64,000 nucleotides of DNA, from NCBI GenBank assembly GCA_007376135.1, contig VMFR01000001.1, positions 9,259 to 73,258 on the forward strand, read 5' to 3'. The notes beneath the pieces are model-generated. The model saw only the letters and a list, made by a program, of their open reading frames with translations. It was not told the origin of the DNA and made no database searches. Shown one piece after another: positions 63,590-64,000 of the stretch. The DNA is from Parcubacteria group bacterium Gr01-1014_31. Its GTDB lineage: Bacteria > Patescibacteriota > Patescibacteriia > Buchananbacterales > GWA2-38-13. The position numbers were made by a program, and so were the translations under genes. The stretch's first letter is position 1; the number at the start of each line of letters is the position of its first letter.

Positions 63590-64000
63590 TTATGTTTTTA
63601 CGGGCTGGTTGCCCTCGTTATCTCGGTCTTCCGTGGGCGGCGTTCCGCCATTCTGTGCCTCATGGCCGTTCGTGCTTCCGTTGTTACGGTAGCAGAAGCG
63701 CGGGTCGTCCAGCAGGACCACCTCGTCGGCTGCGTCACGGAGCGCGGCGGATAAATTCGAGCGGAAGCTCATCACGACCACATAGTGGCCGCTGCGTTGA
63801 AGGTCGACCATGAGATCGATGAAATCACCATCACCGGTAATGAGCACGGCCACATCGAGTTGCGGCGCAAAATTTTTGGCGTCAACCGCGAGGCCGACGT
63901 CCCAGTTCCCCTTGCGCATCCCGTCGGGGAAAATTTGGAGGTCTTTCGCCCGCACCCGGTAGCCGGAACATTTCAGGCTATAGATATACGCTTGCTTGCT
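63590..64000 (-). CDS. NYN-domain (LabA-like) protein, 5'-partial (continues beyond window end)
   Basis: GNWDVGLAVDA...VLITGDGDFIDL...HYVVVMSF; frame open through nt 64000. Confidence 0.6.
   Translation of the reverse strand, partial: SKQAYIYSLKCSGYRVRAKDLQIFPDGMRKGNWDVGLAVDAKNFAPQLDVAVLITGDGDFIDLMVDLQRSGHYVVVMSFRSNLSAALRDAADEVVLLDDPRFCYRNNGSTNGHEAQNGGTPPTEDRDNEGNQPVKT

Noticed and set aside
1-64000. tRNA/rRNA genes
   Set aside because: No cloverleaf-like GTTCGA-TCC motifs were found in the intergenic regions inspected. A tRNAscan or Infernal run would be needed to be certain.

Overview
This 64-kb window is high-GC (about 65%) bacterial chromosomal DNA with compact, mostly co-directional genes. 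The organism is unidentified: there are many housekeeping genes, no respiratory-chain genes, and several very small Cys-rich proteins. Every call below comes from reading the supplied sequence and ORF translations. No database search was run.

Recognisable genes:
- DNA repair and replication: uvrB and uvrA (adjacent), uvrC, dnaE, and a UvrD-family helicase fused to a C-terminal Cas4/AddB-like nuclease domain.
- Aminoacyl-tRNA and tRNA-related: metG, pheS, pheT (N-terminally short), thrS, gatB, miaA, rsmI.
- Nucleotide metabolism: purH, and a minus-strand dTTP and nucleotide-sanitation block of tmk, a YjjX-like NTPase, a DNPH1-like gene, an unusually long thyX, dut, a P-loop kinase and a dCMP deaminase.
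- Type IV pilus module: a CheY-like receiver, pilB, pilC, a fused PilM-PilN-like protein and a prepilin.
- Oxidative-stress genes: a DJ-1/PfpI protein and a Mn-type superoxide dismutase.
- Extracytoplasmic thiol-redox cluster (glutaredoxin, thioredoxin-like lipoprotein, CcdA, TlpA-like redoxin) ending in a lipoprotein with a perfect CuA-type copper site, with no oxidase catalytic subunit in the window.
- An IS110-family transposase inserted just upstream of uvrC.

Most unusual loci:
1. 27-4049: an operon of two Cys/His-rich proteins whose identical C-terminal tails come from a roughly 55-nt direct repeat, followed by a two-thioredoxin-fold membrane protein, a vicinal-Cys membrane protein and a B12-binding radical-SAM enzyme.
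2. 20.6-21.8 kb, plus 50.6 kb and 15.4 kb: a dispersed family of tiny Cys-rich proteins, several with their own consensus sigma70 promoter, strong Shine-Dalgarno and terminator, one behind an attenuator-like leader.
3. 29365-30315: a 42%-GC islet with two paralogous membrane-anchor, coiled-coil, 6-Cys proteins.
4. 51696-52094: a roughly 33%-GC ORF translationally coupled to a GNAT gene.
5. Regulatory DNA: a TTGACC heptad and inverted-repeat array upstream of pilB; a 31-bp perfect palindrome plus 9-codon uORF in the leader of an NYN-domain gene; a 70-bp compound palindrome after the helicase gene.
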